In this document: positions 36,900 through 46,403 of the stretch, one piece after another | Numbering within the stretch: the first letter of the stretch is position 1 | How the letters are laid out: every line of letters begins with the position of its first letter | NCBI GenBank assembly: GCA_903924465.1 | Contig: CAIYBN010000137.1 | Location: 2,606 to 66,605, forward strand | Reading direction: 5' to 3' | DNA from: an uncultured Myxococcales bacterium | GTDB lineage: Bacteria; Myxococcota_A; UBA9042 | DNA length: 64,000 nucleotides | Notes under the pieces: model-generated | Told to the model about the DNA's origin: nothing | What the model saw: the letters and a program-made list of their open reading frames with translations, nothing else | Database searches by the model: none | Made by a program: the position numbers and the translations under genes

Positions 36900-37981
36900 G
36901 CCTGCCCAGTCGCTGCGCAGAGTGGCCGACCAGCCGCTTGGCGATTGGCGGCGCCGCGCGCGCGGAGCTTCCCCGCAATCCGTTCGAACTGGTCGACCTG
37001 CAGCGGCGTCGCGTCGCGTACCTCCGCCTGTCGGTCACCGATCGCTGCAACTACCGCTGTAGCTACTGCATGCCGGCGCAAGGCGTCGACGTCGTGCCGC
37101 GCGCGGAACTCTTGAATTTCGAAGAGATGACCAAGCTGGTCCGCGTTTTTGTGCAGCTCGGCGTGCGGCGGGTGCGGCTGACCGGCGGTGAACCGCTGGT
37201 GCGTCGCGGCGTGGTCGATCTGGTGCAGCAACTGGCGGCGATTCCGGGACTGGATGACTTGGCGATGACGACCAACGGCCACCTGCTGGCTGAACTGGCG
37301 GAGCCGTTGCGCAAGGCGGGTCTGCAGCGCCTGAATATCAGCATCGATACGTTGGATCCGCAGAAGTTCGCGGAGGTGAGCCGCGGCGGCGCGCTGCCTC
37401 CGGTGCTGGACGGCATTGCCGCGGCGCAACGCGCGGGGTTCGCCTCCATCAAGCTGAACGCGGTGACGCTGCGGGGCCTGAACGACGATGCGCTGCTGCC
37501 GCTGTGCGATTTCGCCGCGCGGGAGAAGCTGGTGCTGCGGCTGATTGAGTACATGCCGATTGGTGTGGACGCGCACTGGGGGCCAGAGACGTGGATGCCG
37601 GTGGCGCAGGCGCGGGCGCGCGTCTCGGCGGCGTACGCGCTGGAACCAGATGATTCGGGCGAGATTCCCGGCGGAGGACCGGCACGGTACTGGCGAGGCC
37701 GCCATCTGCAGACGGGGCAGGAATTGCGCGTGGGCTTCATTGCCGCCGTCAGCGAGAAGTTCTGCGAGACTTGCAACCGCGTGCGGCTGAGCGCGACGGG
37801 CACGTTGCGCGAGTGTCTGTCGACCCGTGGCGTCCTGAGCTTGCGGGACTTGCTGCGGGCCGGGGCGACAGAAGTGGAGCTGACCGCGGCGATCCGCGAC
37901 GCGCTGGCGGGCAAGGTCGACGGCCACCACTACGACGCGGCCGAGCCGACGCTGGAATCGATGAGCGCGATCGGCGGGTAG
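36896..37981 (+). CDS. moaA: GTP 3',8-cyclase MoaA
   Basis: YLRLSVTDRCNYRCSYCMP, RLTGGEP, IEYMP, FCETCNRVRL..CL, C-terminal MSAIGG. Confidence 0.95.
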   Translation: MSLPSRCAEWPTSRLAIGGAARAELPRNPFELVDLQRRRVAYLRLSVTDRCNYRCSYCMPAQGVDVVPRAELLNFEEMTKLVRVFVQLGVRRVRLTGGEPLVRRGVVDLVQQLAAIPGLDDLAMTTNGHLLAELAEPLRKAGLQRLNISIDTLDPQKFAEVSRGGALPPVLDGIAAAQRAGFASIKLNAVTLRGLNDDALLPLCDFAAREKLVLRLIEYMPIGVDAHWGPETWMPVAQARARVSAAYALEPDDSGEIPGGGPARYWRGRHLQTGQELRVGFIAAVSEKFCETCNRVRLSATGTLRECLSTRGVLSLRDLLRAGATEVELTAAIRDALAGKVDGHHYDAAEPTLESMSAIGG

Positions 37982-37984
37982 CCG

Positions 37985-39214
37985 TCACGGGGTCAGCGTC
38001 ATCTGCACCGCACCGTAGGCCAGTCCGAGCAGCCCAAACAGCGCGCCGAAGGTGAGAGCAAGCCGCTGACGCGACGGCTGCGGGGCCGGCGGCAAGTCGC
38101 GCGACAGGGCCACGCCGGCGATGAGCCCGGCAACCAGGCCGCCAATATGCGCGCCATTGTCGACGACCTTCAGGCTGAAACCAAAGGCCAGATTGACCAC
38201 GGTGAACATCGCGGCGCTGCGCAACAAGCTGCGATAGACCTGCAACGGCACGGACTTGCGACGCGACAGCGCGAAGCCGAGCATGCCGCCCATCACGCCG
38301 AAGACCGCGCCCGACGCGCCGACGGAGTAGTTGTGGTTGGCGCTCAGCGTCCAGGCGAGCGACAGGAGAGAACCGCCGATCGCGCTGGTCAGGTAGACGC
38401 CGACATAAGCGGTGGAGCCGAAGAGGCGTTCGGCCATGTCGCCAATCGACTTCAGCACGTACAAATTCATGCCGATATGCAGCAGATTGGCGTGCAGGAA
38501 CGTGCATGCCAGCAGCCGCCACGCTTGGCCTTGGTGGACCGTCAAGTCAACCGAATTGGCGCCGAGCCTGCTCAGCGTCTCGTTGTCGAAACCTTGCAGC
38601 AACGCTGCCAGAGGGCCGACGCCGTTGCCGAACGCCAGAACGACAGACAGCGTGAAAACTGCGATGTTGGCGCGCAGGATCCAGGTCGTCGCCGGCGTAC
38701 CCGGTGAGGCGCGGCGGAGACGCTCAAAGAACACCTCCGGATTGCGTGGATCGCCCAGCCCTGCCAGATGTTCCAGCGGATTGGTCCCGGCGAGCGCCTG
38801 ATCAGCGGTCGCCGAAAAAATCACCTGCAACACCGGCGCGAGTCGCGACCCGTAGCAGTGCTGGTCCAGCGCCGAGATGCCGACCAGTTCGACACCGTGA
38901 GCCGCTGCCAGCGTCTGCAGCGTCGCCGGCCGGATCGTCGGCACGTCCATCGCCACCACGACGACGCGCGGTGTGAGCGGACCGTGCTGCACCTGATCCA
39001 GCCAAGCTTCGAGTTGCTCCGGCGTTGGCGCCAGCCACGGCAGGACGACCCACACGCCCGAGGGCAGGTCCGGCTGAACGGGCATGTCCAGTGCGACGGC
39101 GGCGCGCTTCCAGTTCTCCTCCGTGGCGCGGCTGACGTACCGCGCACCCTGGGCAAGCAGGAACTGCTGGACGCGGGCGGAGACGTCTTCCGGATTGGCG
39201 TGGGGATGCGGCAT
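37985..39214 (-). CDS. Rhomboid intramembrane serine protease with N-terminal extension
   Basis: WRLL..FLHANLLHIGMN, GASGAVFG, AHIGG. Confidence 0.9.
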   Translation of the reverse strand: MPHPHANPEDVSARVQQFLLAQGARYVSRATEENWKRAAVALDMPVQPDLPSGVWVVLPWLAPTPEQLEAWLDQVQHGPLTPRVVVVAMDVPTIRPATLQTLAAAHGVELVGISALDQHCYGSRLAPVLQVIFSATADQALAGTNPLEHLAGLGDPRNPEVFFERLRRASPGTPATTWILRANIAVFTLSVVLAFGNGVGPLAALLQGFDNETLSRLGANSVDLTVHQGQAWRLLACTFLHANLLHIGMNLYVLKSIGDMAERLFGSTAYVGVYLTSAIGGSLLSLAWTLSANHNYSVGASGAVFGVMGGMLGFALSRRKSVPLQVYRSLLRSAAMFTVVNLAFGFSLKVVDNGAHIGGLVAGLIAGVALSRDLPPAPQPSRQRLALTFGALFGLLGLAYGAVQMTLTP

Positions 39215-39337
39215 CAGGAATCCGAGACTACACGACGCGGACGGCGGCGCAAGGCCGAGGCAAACCGCCGACTGCGGTTGCTGGCTACAACCCTGCATTG
39301 GGTTTACAATTCCCGGACGACATCTTGGAGGTGCCTC

Positions 39338-39790
39338 ATGTGCAAACTCGTTTCGTTGTTGAGCCTGCTGCTGATGGCTTGCAGCGCGCCGCCGGTCCAG
39401 GAAGAGCGTTACGTCCCACGCGGTCCGGATGCGCCGCGACCGCAGAAAGAGACCAACTATTTTGAAGAATTCCGCGGCGATCACCACCCGACGGGCACGG
39501 TCTTCCGGCTGCAGGGCAAACCGGTCGCGATCGATGGGCCGAACGTGATTGTTTCGCTCATCAAGTCCGACTGGTCGACGATGCAGACGCCTGGCGGCAA
39601 GGAACACCGCGAAGCTACTGCGCAATTCCTGGTGCAGCAGGGCGCGGAAAGCCACAACATTTCCGTCAATCAGGGCGACGATGCCGTGGCGTTCAACGTG
39701 CGCATCACGGTCAAGGCGGCGGGCGAGGATTACAACAAGGCGCGGCTGGATTATCTGCCGTGGGTCGATTGTCAGGTCGACGCACTGTAA
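39338..39790 (+). CDS. Hypothetical lipoprotein
   Basis: GGAGG RBS; LLMAC lipobox. Confidence 0.75.
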   Translation: MCKLVSLLSLLLMACSAPPVQEERYVPRGPDAPRPQKETNYFEEFRGDHHPTGTVFRLQGKPVAIDGPNVIVSLIKSDWSTMQTPGGKEHREATAQFLVQQGAESHNISVNQGDDAVAFNVRITVKAAGEDYNKARLDYLPWVDCQVDAL

Positions 39791-39796
39791 CCCCTG

Positions 39797-40528
39797 TCAC
39801 TTCGTCAACTCCCGCATGATCGCCAGCACATCATCGACTGAATCCCCCGCGTTCTCCCCCGGCTGCTGGCCCACACGTGTCCGCGGCATCGGCATTGGCT
39901 CCGGCCCCCACCAGGCGTCGGGCAGATCATGCGGGTGCGTCCCTTCGGCCATGAATTCGTGACTGCGGCCATCATGGCCCGACGTCGCCTCCGGACCCAG
40001 GCGCAGCTCCCAGGGATCTTCCACGAGGAGGCGCAGCAGACTCCCGCGCACACGGCCCATCAGCCGCACCGACCACACTTCCGCCATCTGCGGTTTCGGC
40101 GCACGCGCCGCGCGCACCTCGTCCAGCTCAACGCCCAGATGTCCGCCGATCCCGCGCTGGCGCTCCAACGGCAGCGGATCGCTCAGTTCCACGCTGCGTT
40201 CCGCGCGACCGATGTTGCGCAGGCTGAACTGAGGCATATGTTCGTGCGCAATCGCTTCCAGCACGTCGCTGGGAATTTCCTGGTCCGATCTGACGCGAAA
40301 GCCGCGGGCGTACGTCTCCTTGAACGTGCTGTGGGTCGCCAGCCAAGTGGTCAGTCGGTCGGTCTGGAACTCGTGGGCGGTGAACACGCAGAACCGATCG
40401 ACGCGGCGCCTGGCGGTGTCCAATGGCAGGCGCTCGCGCGAGAACAGCTGCTTGCTCCGAATCGACCGCGCCAGAGGCCACGCCGATGACTGCCGCAACA
40501 GATCGCGACCGCGGGCTTCCGCCATCAT
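39797..40528 (-). CDS. Hypothetical protein
   Basis: Best-fitting ORF filling the gap; natural amino-acid composition. Confidence 0.6.
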   Translation of the reverse strand: MMAEARGRDLLRQSSAWPLARSIRSKQLFSRERLPLDTARRRVDRFCVFTAHEFQTDRLTTWLATHSTFKETYARGFRVRSDQEIPSDVLEAIAHEHMPQFSLRNIGRAERSVELSDPLPLERQRGIGGHLGVELDEVRAARAPKPQMAEVWSVRLMGRVRGSLLRLLVEDPWELRLGPEATSGHDGRSHEFMAEGTHPHDLPDAWWGPEPMPMPRTRVGQQPGENAGDSVDDVLAIMRELTK

Positions 40529-40655
40529 CAACCCTCGCTGTCGCCTTGGCTGACTTTCGCCGTGGCATCGGGGGCCCGCCGGAAAACGCTCGTGTGCCGT
40601 CGCACTTGGACGATGCCCGGCGCCGTGTCAGCGAATTCCAGAATCCCGGACTTGC

Positions 40656-42389
40656 TCATGCCGGGCCCTTCTCCGCAGATCTGGCGCTCGTCGCGACGAC
40701 CTGTCGGTGCAGCACTTCGAGCGAGTGAGCCTGGTCGGCGAGATCGCTGGCCAGCACGCTTGCCATGTCGTTCACCAGCTCAAGCGTGTCCGCAAGTTCC
40801 GGCCATTTGACACGCGCTTCCTGCAAGTCCGCGACGTAGCGCCGCACCACCGCGGCGTTCGAACGCGTCGCCACCGCATCATCCAGCAAGTTCTCGATCG
40901 TACCCGCCAGATCGTCGGGCAGCGCAGTCCTCTTTGGCGCCATCAGGGCATCGTTCAGCCGCAACTCAGTGTCGTGCAGCTTGGCTTCCACGGCCTCCAG
41001 CTCGACATTTGCCCCAGCCAAGTCGCGTTGCAGTTGGCTCAGTTCTTCTCGCACCCGTTCGACTTCCCGAACTTTCTGCTTGAAGTCAGGATGTTCCGTC
41101 ACATCGGCGAGTAGCGTCGGCTTCCGATCTGCCGCCTCACGCGCGGTATCCAGCTCGCCTTGGAGCGCCTCGGTCTGCCGGGATTGCTGCAACAGGCGAT
41201 CGTTCAGCTCGTCCACGCGCCGGGTCGCCTGATGGAAATCCTCCAACAACCGCCGCTTTTCGTGCTCCAGATCGGAAAGGCCAACACCGATGCGCACCTG
41301 TCGAATCTCCGTGTCCTTGTCACGCAGGTCCATGCGCAGCTGCTCGATCAGCGCTTCCTTTTCCTGAATCACTTCCTGCAGCAAGTTGATCTTGCGCTCC
41401 AGCCGGCTCAAGTCCCCGCCTTCGCGGTTGAAATTCGCTTGCAGACTCTCGTTCTCGTCGCGCGCCGCCCGCAGCTCGTATTCCAGGAGGTCCAACTGGT
41501 GCTGCAACGCCTCATTCTGGCGGTCTTTTTGCGTGACACGCATTTTCAGGCCAGACAGCTGCTCCGCCGCTTTCGCCGCCTTCTCGCGGGATTGCGCAAC
41601 TTGCGCCTTCAGCTCAGTCACCGTCCGTCCGGCCTCCAGGACTTCGTTCTCGCGGTTGTGCAAATCGCCGCGGCTCTTGTCCAGTTCCTGGCTGAGCAAC
41701 TGGTTGTGCGCTTTCAACTTGAGGTACTTGTCGCTCAAGCCGTCCAAATCCAGCGAGTAGCGCATGGCCCGCGCCTCGCCGGCCTTCGCATCGGATTCCA
41801 TCTCGGCCAGCACCGCGCGGGTCGTCGCGAGCTGCTCCTCCAGCTGGGCAATGCGTTGCGAAGCGTCCAGCGAGGGATTGGGCGGCGGCTGACGGTCTGC
41901 CGGATTGATCCCAGGCGGTGGCGTAGCCGGTCGCGCATCCGTGCGCAGGCCATCGCGCGCGAGACCCAACCGAACGGCGCGGGCCTTCGCCACCAGCGCT
42001 TCCCGCTCGCTGCCACTGATCGCACCCGTCGGGTGGGCCAAACGGCGGGGCGCGGCATCCAGCGTTTCAAGACGCTCTTGCGGGCCGTTCGCCGGCGTCC
42101 CGGCGCACAGACGGATTTCCAGCACTTCGCCGCAGCGGGCGACGTCGCCTTCGCGCAATGTGCCGCGCTGGACGCGCTCGCCATTGATGAAGGAGCCGTT
42201 CGATGAGCCCAGGTCCTTGATGTAGTAGCCCGCAGGTTCCCAGCCGATCCGCGCGTGGTTGCGCGATACCGAGGTTTCCTTGGAATGGATGGTCGCCGCC
42301 GGGCTCCGACCGATGGTCACCGCTTCCATGGTTGGATCAACGGCCAACCGTGCCAGCCCGCCGTCCTTGTCGAGCCATTCCAAGTACAT
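40656..42389 (-). CDS. FHA domain + long coiled-coil protein
   Basis: IGRS..SVSRNHA..DLGSSNGSFING FHA motif; heptad-rich C-terminal region. Confidence 0.88.
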   Translation of the reverse strand: MYLEWLDKDGGLARLAVDPTMEAVTIGRSPAATIHSKETSVSRNHARIGWEPAGYYIKDLGSSNGSFINGERVQRGTLREGDVARCGEVLEIRLCAGTPANGPQERLETLDAAPRRLAHPTGAISGSEREALVAKARAVRLGLARDGLRTDARPATPPPGINPADRQPPPNPSLDASQRIAQLEEQLATTRAVLAEMESDAKAGEARAMRYSLDLDGLSDKYLKLKAHNQLLSQELDKSRGDLHNRENEVLEAGRTVTELKAQVAQSREKAAKAAEQLSGLKMRVTQKDRQNEALQHQLDLLEYELRAARDENESLQANFNREGGDLSRLERKINLLQEVIQEKEALIEQLRMDLRDKDTEIRQVRIGVGLSDLEHEKRRLLEDFHQATRRVDELNDRLLQQSRQTEALQGELDTAREAADRKPTLLADVTEHPDFKQKVREVERVREELSQLQRDLAGANVELEAVEAKLHDTELRLNDALMAPKRTALPDDLAGTIENLLDDAVATRSNAAVVRRYVADLQEARVKWPELADTLELVNDMASVLASDLADQAHSLEVLHRQVVATSARSAEKGPA

Positions 42390-42615
42390 CGCTCAGGCCT
42401 TTGGGGTTCGACCGTGCGCGTCGCGCGCCACGCAACTGCGGCGGCAACTTTACTACTCGTCGATGCTCCGAGGCAATCCAAGGTCTTGTCCGCGATCCAC
42501 CGCTTTCGGCGCGCTTCTGCGTTGCTGCGTCGGCGCCTGCACCCTGAATCGCATCCGAAATCGGCGTCCGCGGAGGAATCGGTGGTGAATCCTGGTTGTG
42601 GGCACTGCCGGCCGA

Positions 42616-43785
42616 TCAGAATCCCTTGGCCATGATGGCAGGCATGCCGCGTTCCAACTCGCGCACCGTGCTCGTCAGGAGTGCCAGACTGTGCCGGTCG
42701 TAGGCTTCCACCACCAGCGCGATGCCGATCTGCTCGTCCGGATAGTCTTTGAGATTACTAACATTCCCGCGTGCCAGACCATCCCCGCGCCAGACGATTT
42801 CAAACCGGTTGCCTTTCTCCACGCCGTCGTCCGCGCCCTTGTCGATGTAGACGTAGCTGTAGGCACCCGCGGCCGCTGTCTCGTGGTGAAAATCGACGAT
42901 AACGCCTGCGACTTGCACCTTGTTGGGCACAGGCGCGACCAGCTGCAACGGCTCAAACACGTTGGTCAACAGGTCGCCCCGGCTAATTTCGCTGTGCGAG
43001 CGGGTAATCAGCACGCTCACGAGCGGCCGCACGGTGCTCAGCACTTTGGCGTCGCCCAAGAAGTTGATCTTGTAGCCGACGCGCTTGCCCGTCACCGGAT
43101 GCAGGATTTCGCGCTCCACACGATACAACGTGTACTTGTCGCCGTCGCGCACGCAGGGGCCGACCAGCGCTTCGTCCTCCTCATCGTCTGACTTCTTGTC
43201 GTCGCGTTTGGTCTCGCCTTCCTCGCTGGCGCGAAACGCGTCGCGTTCGGCTTTTGCCTTGTCATCCTCGGCACAACGGCGCGTGTTGAAACGGATATAC
43301 GCCTCGTCCAACTGCCCGAGCATATTGCGCTCTTCCCGGCTCGCCTCCACCACGCCCGATTCGCGGTAGTCGCGCGAGGAAATGTAGCCGACGCGACGGA
43401 CCAACTCGATGCCACTCTTGACCCGCGGCTCAAAACGCGACGTCGCAAACGTAATCGACTTCTCCGCAAGCGTCTGCGAACTCTTGCGGCTCAAGTAGAT
43501 GAGATCGCCTGGATAAATCAGGTGTGGATTGGTGATTTGCGGGTTGTAGGACCACAGCGACGGCCAATACCAGGGTTCGTCGTACAGGCCCTCGGCAATG
43601 CTCCACAGCGTGTCGCCCGCTTCGACGACGTAGGTGCGCTCGCCCGTCGGCGCGGACTGTTGCATGGCAATCGCCGGCGCCGCGCGGTCCGGCATTTCCT
43701 GGGCCTGGACGCTCAGCGCCCCCAGTAGCAGCGCCAGGGGCAGGGCCGTCTTGCAGATTTCAGCGCACACACCGGTCATCATCAC
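42616..43785 (-). CDS. LysM peptidoglycan-binding protein
   Basis: YVVEAGDTLWSIA..PWYWP.LW..NPQITNPHLIYPGD; YIDKG...G...GN.F C-terminal domain. Confidence 0.88.
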   Translation of the reverse strand: MMMTGVCAEICKTALPLALLLGALSVQAQEMPDRAAPAIAMQQSAPTGERTYVVEAGDTLWSIAEGLYDEPWYWPSLWSYNPQITNPHLIYPGDLIYLSRKSSQTLAEKSITFATSRFEPRVKSGIELVRRVGYISSRDYRESGVVEASREERNMLGQLDEAYIRFNTRRCAEDDKAKAERDAFRASEEGETKRDDKKSDDEEDEALVGPCVRDGDKYTLYRVEREILHPVTGKRVGYKINFLGDAKVLSTVRPLVSVLITRSHSEISRGDLLTNVFEPLQLVAPVPNKVQVAGVIVDFHHETAAAGAYSYVYIDKGADDGVEKGNRFEIVWRGDGLARGNVSNLKDYPDEQIGIALVVEAYDRHSLALLTSTVRELERGMPAIMAKGF

Positions 43786-43803
43786 TCCACATTTCCGCGG
43801 CCG

Positions 43804-44730
43804 CTAGGGCTGGACCGAGCCATCCACCGCTGATTTCTTCATCGCCGTCGCCTTGTCCGCTGCCTCTGTCCCCGGATAGAGACGCGTCAATTGCTTGAGC
43901 ACATCGTCGGCGCCGCGATCGTCGCCCAGCTTGCGGTAACACAGGGCCATTTTCAGCATCGCATCGGGCACTTTGTTGCCGCGCGGATACTCTTTCGCCA
44001 CCCTCAGGAAGGCCTGCGCAGACGTCAGCCACTGCGCCTGAGCGTAATATCCCTCGCCAATCCAATACAGCGCATTATCGGCCAGATCGTGCCGCGGGTA
44101 TTGGCGGTGCAGTGTTTCAAACGCGCGCCGTGACTCGGCAATTTGTCCCTGATCAAACAGCGACTTGGCCTTCTCATACAGCGTCGCTGTTGGATCGAGC
44201 TTGGCCTTCGCGCCTGCGGCCTGCGGCGGCGTCTCGTCGGCCGGCCCGGACACTTCGACGGGATCGTCGGCCGTCTCACCCGGCAAAGGCTCGTCATGCG
44301 TCAGGCGAATTGTCTGTGAATTCAATTGACTGGCGGTCCGCGTATCGGTCCGCGGCGTGTCCATGGTCGGAATGCTCGACGGCAAGCCCACGCGATCGCG
44401 CGCGTCGATGTGCGCGTCCGCCTCGCCCACTTTCACCGTTGGCAGGTGCGGAATCCACTCCTCGCGACGCGCGCGCGCGACCTTTTCCGAGTCCGTTTTG
44501 TCCTCAATCAGGATGAGCCGATTGCGCAGTTCCTCGAACTGGACGCGGGACGCGGTCTGGCTGCGCTTCAGTTCGGCGAATTCCTCGCGCATCGCCGTCA
44601 CATCCCGCCGCAGCTGCGCCAGTTGATCGGTGCCACACGCCGGCAGCGTCGCAACCGCAAGCGGTACGCTCAAGCGAATTGCCAGTGGAATCAAGGCTGT
44701 GGATAGTCGTGCGGAATGGCTTGAAGTCAC
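43804..44730 (-). CDS. cpoB: Tol-Pal system lipoprotein CpoB/YbgF
   Basis: LPAC lipobox, coiled coil, LADNALYWIGE, YPRGNKVPDAMLK; start uncertain. Confidence 0.85.
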   Translation of the reverse strand: MTSSHSARLSTALIPLAIRLSVPLAVATLPACGTDQLAQLRRDVTAMREEFAELKRSQTASRVQFEELRNRLILIEDKTDSEKVARARREEWIPHLPTVKVGEADAHIDARDRVGLPSSIPTMDTPRTDTRTASQLNSQTIRLTHDEPLPGETADDPVEVSGPADETPPQAAGAKAKLDPTATLYEKAKSLFDQGQIAESRRAFETLHRQYPRHDLADNALYWIGEGYYAQAQWLTSAQAFLRVAKEYPRGNKVPDAMLKMALCYRKLGDDRGADDVLKQLTRLYPGTEAADKATAMKKSAVDGSVQP

Positions 44731-44783
44731 AGTTGATTTCAACGGAGCACCTGATGCGCCACCTGAGGCGCGCCCTTCCGGCC

Positions 44784-44811
44784 ACAGTACCGTGGAGTTC
44801 GCGTCTGTCAA
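44784..44811 (-). promoter_or_regulatory. Candidate sigma70 promoter for cpoB
   Basis: Minus-strand TTGACA-N16-TACTGT immediately after the S26 gene stop; the ORF-track TTG 'start' at 44811 falls in this -35 box. Confidence 0.45.
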
Positions 44812-44817
44812 GGATCG

Positions 44818-45228
44818 TTATGCGCCTTTTCGCGCGGATTTCCGTGCGGCGTACAGGCGACGCAAGGCTGGTGCCCGATGCGACCACGCAATGCCAAGAC
44901 GCCGCGTCCACGTCCCGAGGCCCCCTTCACCGGCGATCGCCAAGACCAGCGTGCCCCAACGAACGGCTTCCACGCGGCCCAGAATCGCGCTGAGCGGTAC
45001 CGGCGGATCTTCGCGCGCGGTCGTGTCGCCGCGGGCGATCAGGCAGGTCGCTTCCAAGCGGATGACGCGATGCAGGACCACGCGCGGGGCAAAATCGGCA
45101 ACGAAAGCGACCATATCACCGGGCTGCAACGCACCGATCGGCACTTGCCGCACGCCGGCTTGCAGGGGCGCGCCGAGCGGCCACATGGAATGCCCTTCCA
45201 AGTCGTGCCAGACCAGCGGCATCTTCAT
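44818..45228 (-). CDS. Soluble S24/S26-family peptidase-like protein
   Basis: GHSMWP (catalytic Ser box), GDMVAF, VVLHRVI, ARGD; ATGA overlap with the rSAM stop. Confidence 0.75.
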   Translation of the reverse strand: MKMPLVWHDLEGHSMWPLGAPLQAGVRQVPIGALQPGDMVAFVADFAPRVVLHRVIRLEATCLIARGDTTAREDPPVPLSAILGRVEAVRWGTLVLAIAGEGGLGTWTRRLGIAWSHRAPALRRLYAARKSARKGA

Positions 45229-46403
45229 CGGCCCGGCGTCTTGACGCGTGCGCCGCCGCTGCGCTGGCGTTTGTGAATGGGAAAGACAAACGTGTCGGCT
45301 TCCGGCGGTCGGCCTGCGTCTTCGGGGACGGAGGCCCACTGCTCGGGTGTGAACGTCGTGCCCGTCGCGCCTTCGTAGGCGAGCATGCGCGCCCGCGCCT
45401 CGGCGTGGAAGTGTTCGGGCGCTTTGCGGAAATCGCCGGTCGTTTTGTAAGCATCGCCGGGGCAAAACGTGCAGAACCCGCTGCCGGAGCACGACAGGCA
45501 CGAGGTCCGGTCGGCATTGGTCCAGGCAACGACGGATTTCCGCGCTTCGGATTCTCGCCAGATCTGGGCAAAAGTCTGCTCGCGCAGGTTGCCAAGCGTC
45601 ATGGGAAAGGTGATGCACGGCCAGACGCCGCCGTCCGGGCTGATGTACACCAGCGTTCGCGCGGCTTGGCAGGGGACGGTGTCCGCGCGCTCGGCCAAAT
45701 CCCGACCGCGCGTCGTTCCTTCCGCCAGAGCGATCAACTGCCGGGCGCGCACCATGTCCGTCCGAGATAGTTCCAATGAATCCAGCTTGTTGCTGCCAGA
45801 CAAATCCCGTTGCGTTGTCGTCGAAAACACGACTTCACAGCCTTCCGCGGCAAAAAAGCGAAAAATCTCCGGAATTTCCTCCACGGCTTCGCGCAGAACG
45901 TAGCACACGACCCGCACTGGAATGCGCGCGGCCAATGTCTGGCGAATTCCGGCGATCGTCGCGGCGAGAGATCCTGGTCGACGGGTCAACTCGTCGTGAA
46001 TCTCGGGGCGCAGGCTGTAGACGCTGACGTCCAACTGCGACGTTTTGCAAGCGTACAGGCGTTCCGCCCAAGCCGCGTCGATGTTGCCGGCATGGGTCTT
46101 GACCCGCGCGAACAGGTTCAGCGATGCGGCGTACGCAATCAGCTCGGCAAAGTCGGGGCGCAGCGTCACTTCGCCACCGCTCCACACCAGCGTCATGACG
46201 CCGGCCTCCGCGAGTTGCGCAATGGTCTCGCGCCATTCGCTCGTGGTCATTTCCGGGCCGTGCTTCTCGTCGAGGTAGCAATGTTGGCAATCGAGATCGC
46301 AGCGATAGGTCAAATCCAGATGCGCAAACATCGGGCGACCTTCCGCCGTCCACGCCTTGCGCATCACGGCCAGCATCGCGTTGTACGGCGACCGGTCAAG
46401 CAC
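45225..46403 (-). CDS. Radical SAM/SPASM-domain protein (peptide maturase type)
   Basis: LTYRCDLDCQHCY, SGGE, CQAA..ISPDGGVWPC..LGNLREQTF..IW, CLSCSGSGFCTFCPG; GTG start 5 nt after GGAGG. Confidence 0.92.
   Translation of the reverse strand: MLDRSPYNAMLAVMRKAWTAEGRPMFAHLDLTYRCDLDCQHCYLDEKHGPEMTTSEWRETIAQLAEAGVMTLVWSGGEVTLRPDFAELIAYAASLNLFARVKTHAGNIDAAWAERLYACKTSQLDVSVYSLRPEIHDELTRRPGSLAATIAGIRQTLAARIPVRVVCYVLREAVEEIPEIFRFFAAEGCEVVFSTTTQRDLSGSNKLDSLELSRTDMVRARQLIALAEGTTRGRDLAERADTVPCQAARTLVYISPDGGVWPCITFPMTLGNLREQTFAQIWRESEARKSVVAWTNADRTSCLSCSGSGFCTFCPGDAYKTTGDFRKAPEHFHAEARARMLAYEGATGTTFTPEQWASVPEDAGRPPEADTFVFPIHKRQRSGGARVKTPGR

Noticed and set aside
36896-37981. moaA (and lipA at 59640) as extra maturases of the RiPP cluster
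   Set aside because: Both have full housekeeping signatures and lie outside the operon
45229-45618. Extension of the S26 ORF to 266 aa
   Set aside because: Overlaps the rSAM C-terminus in another frame; the ATGA-coupled start at 45228 fits better
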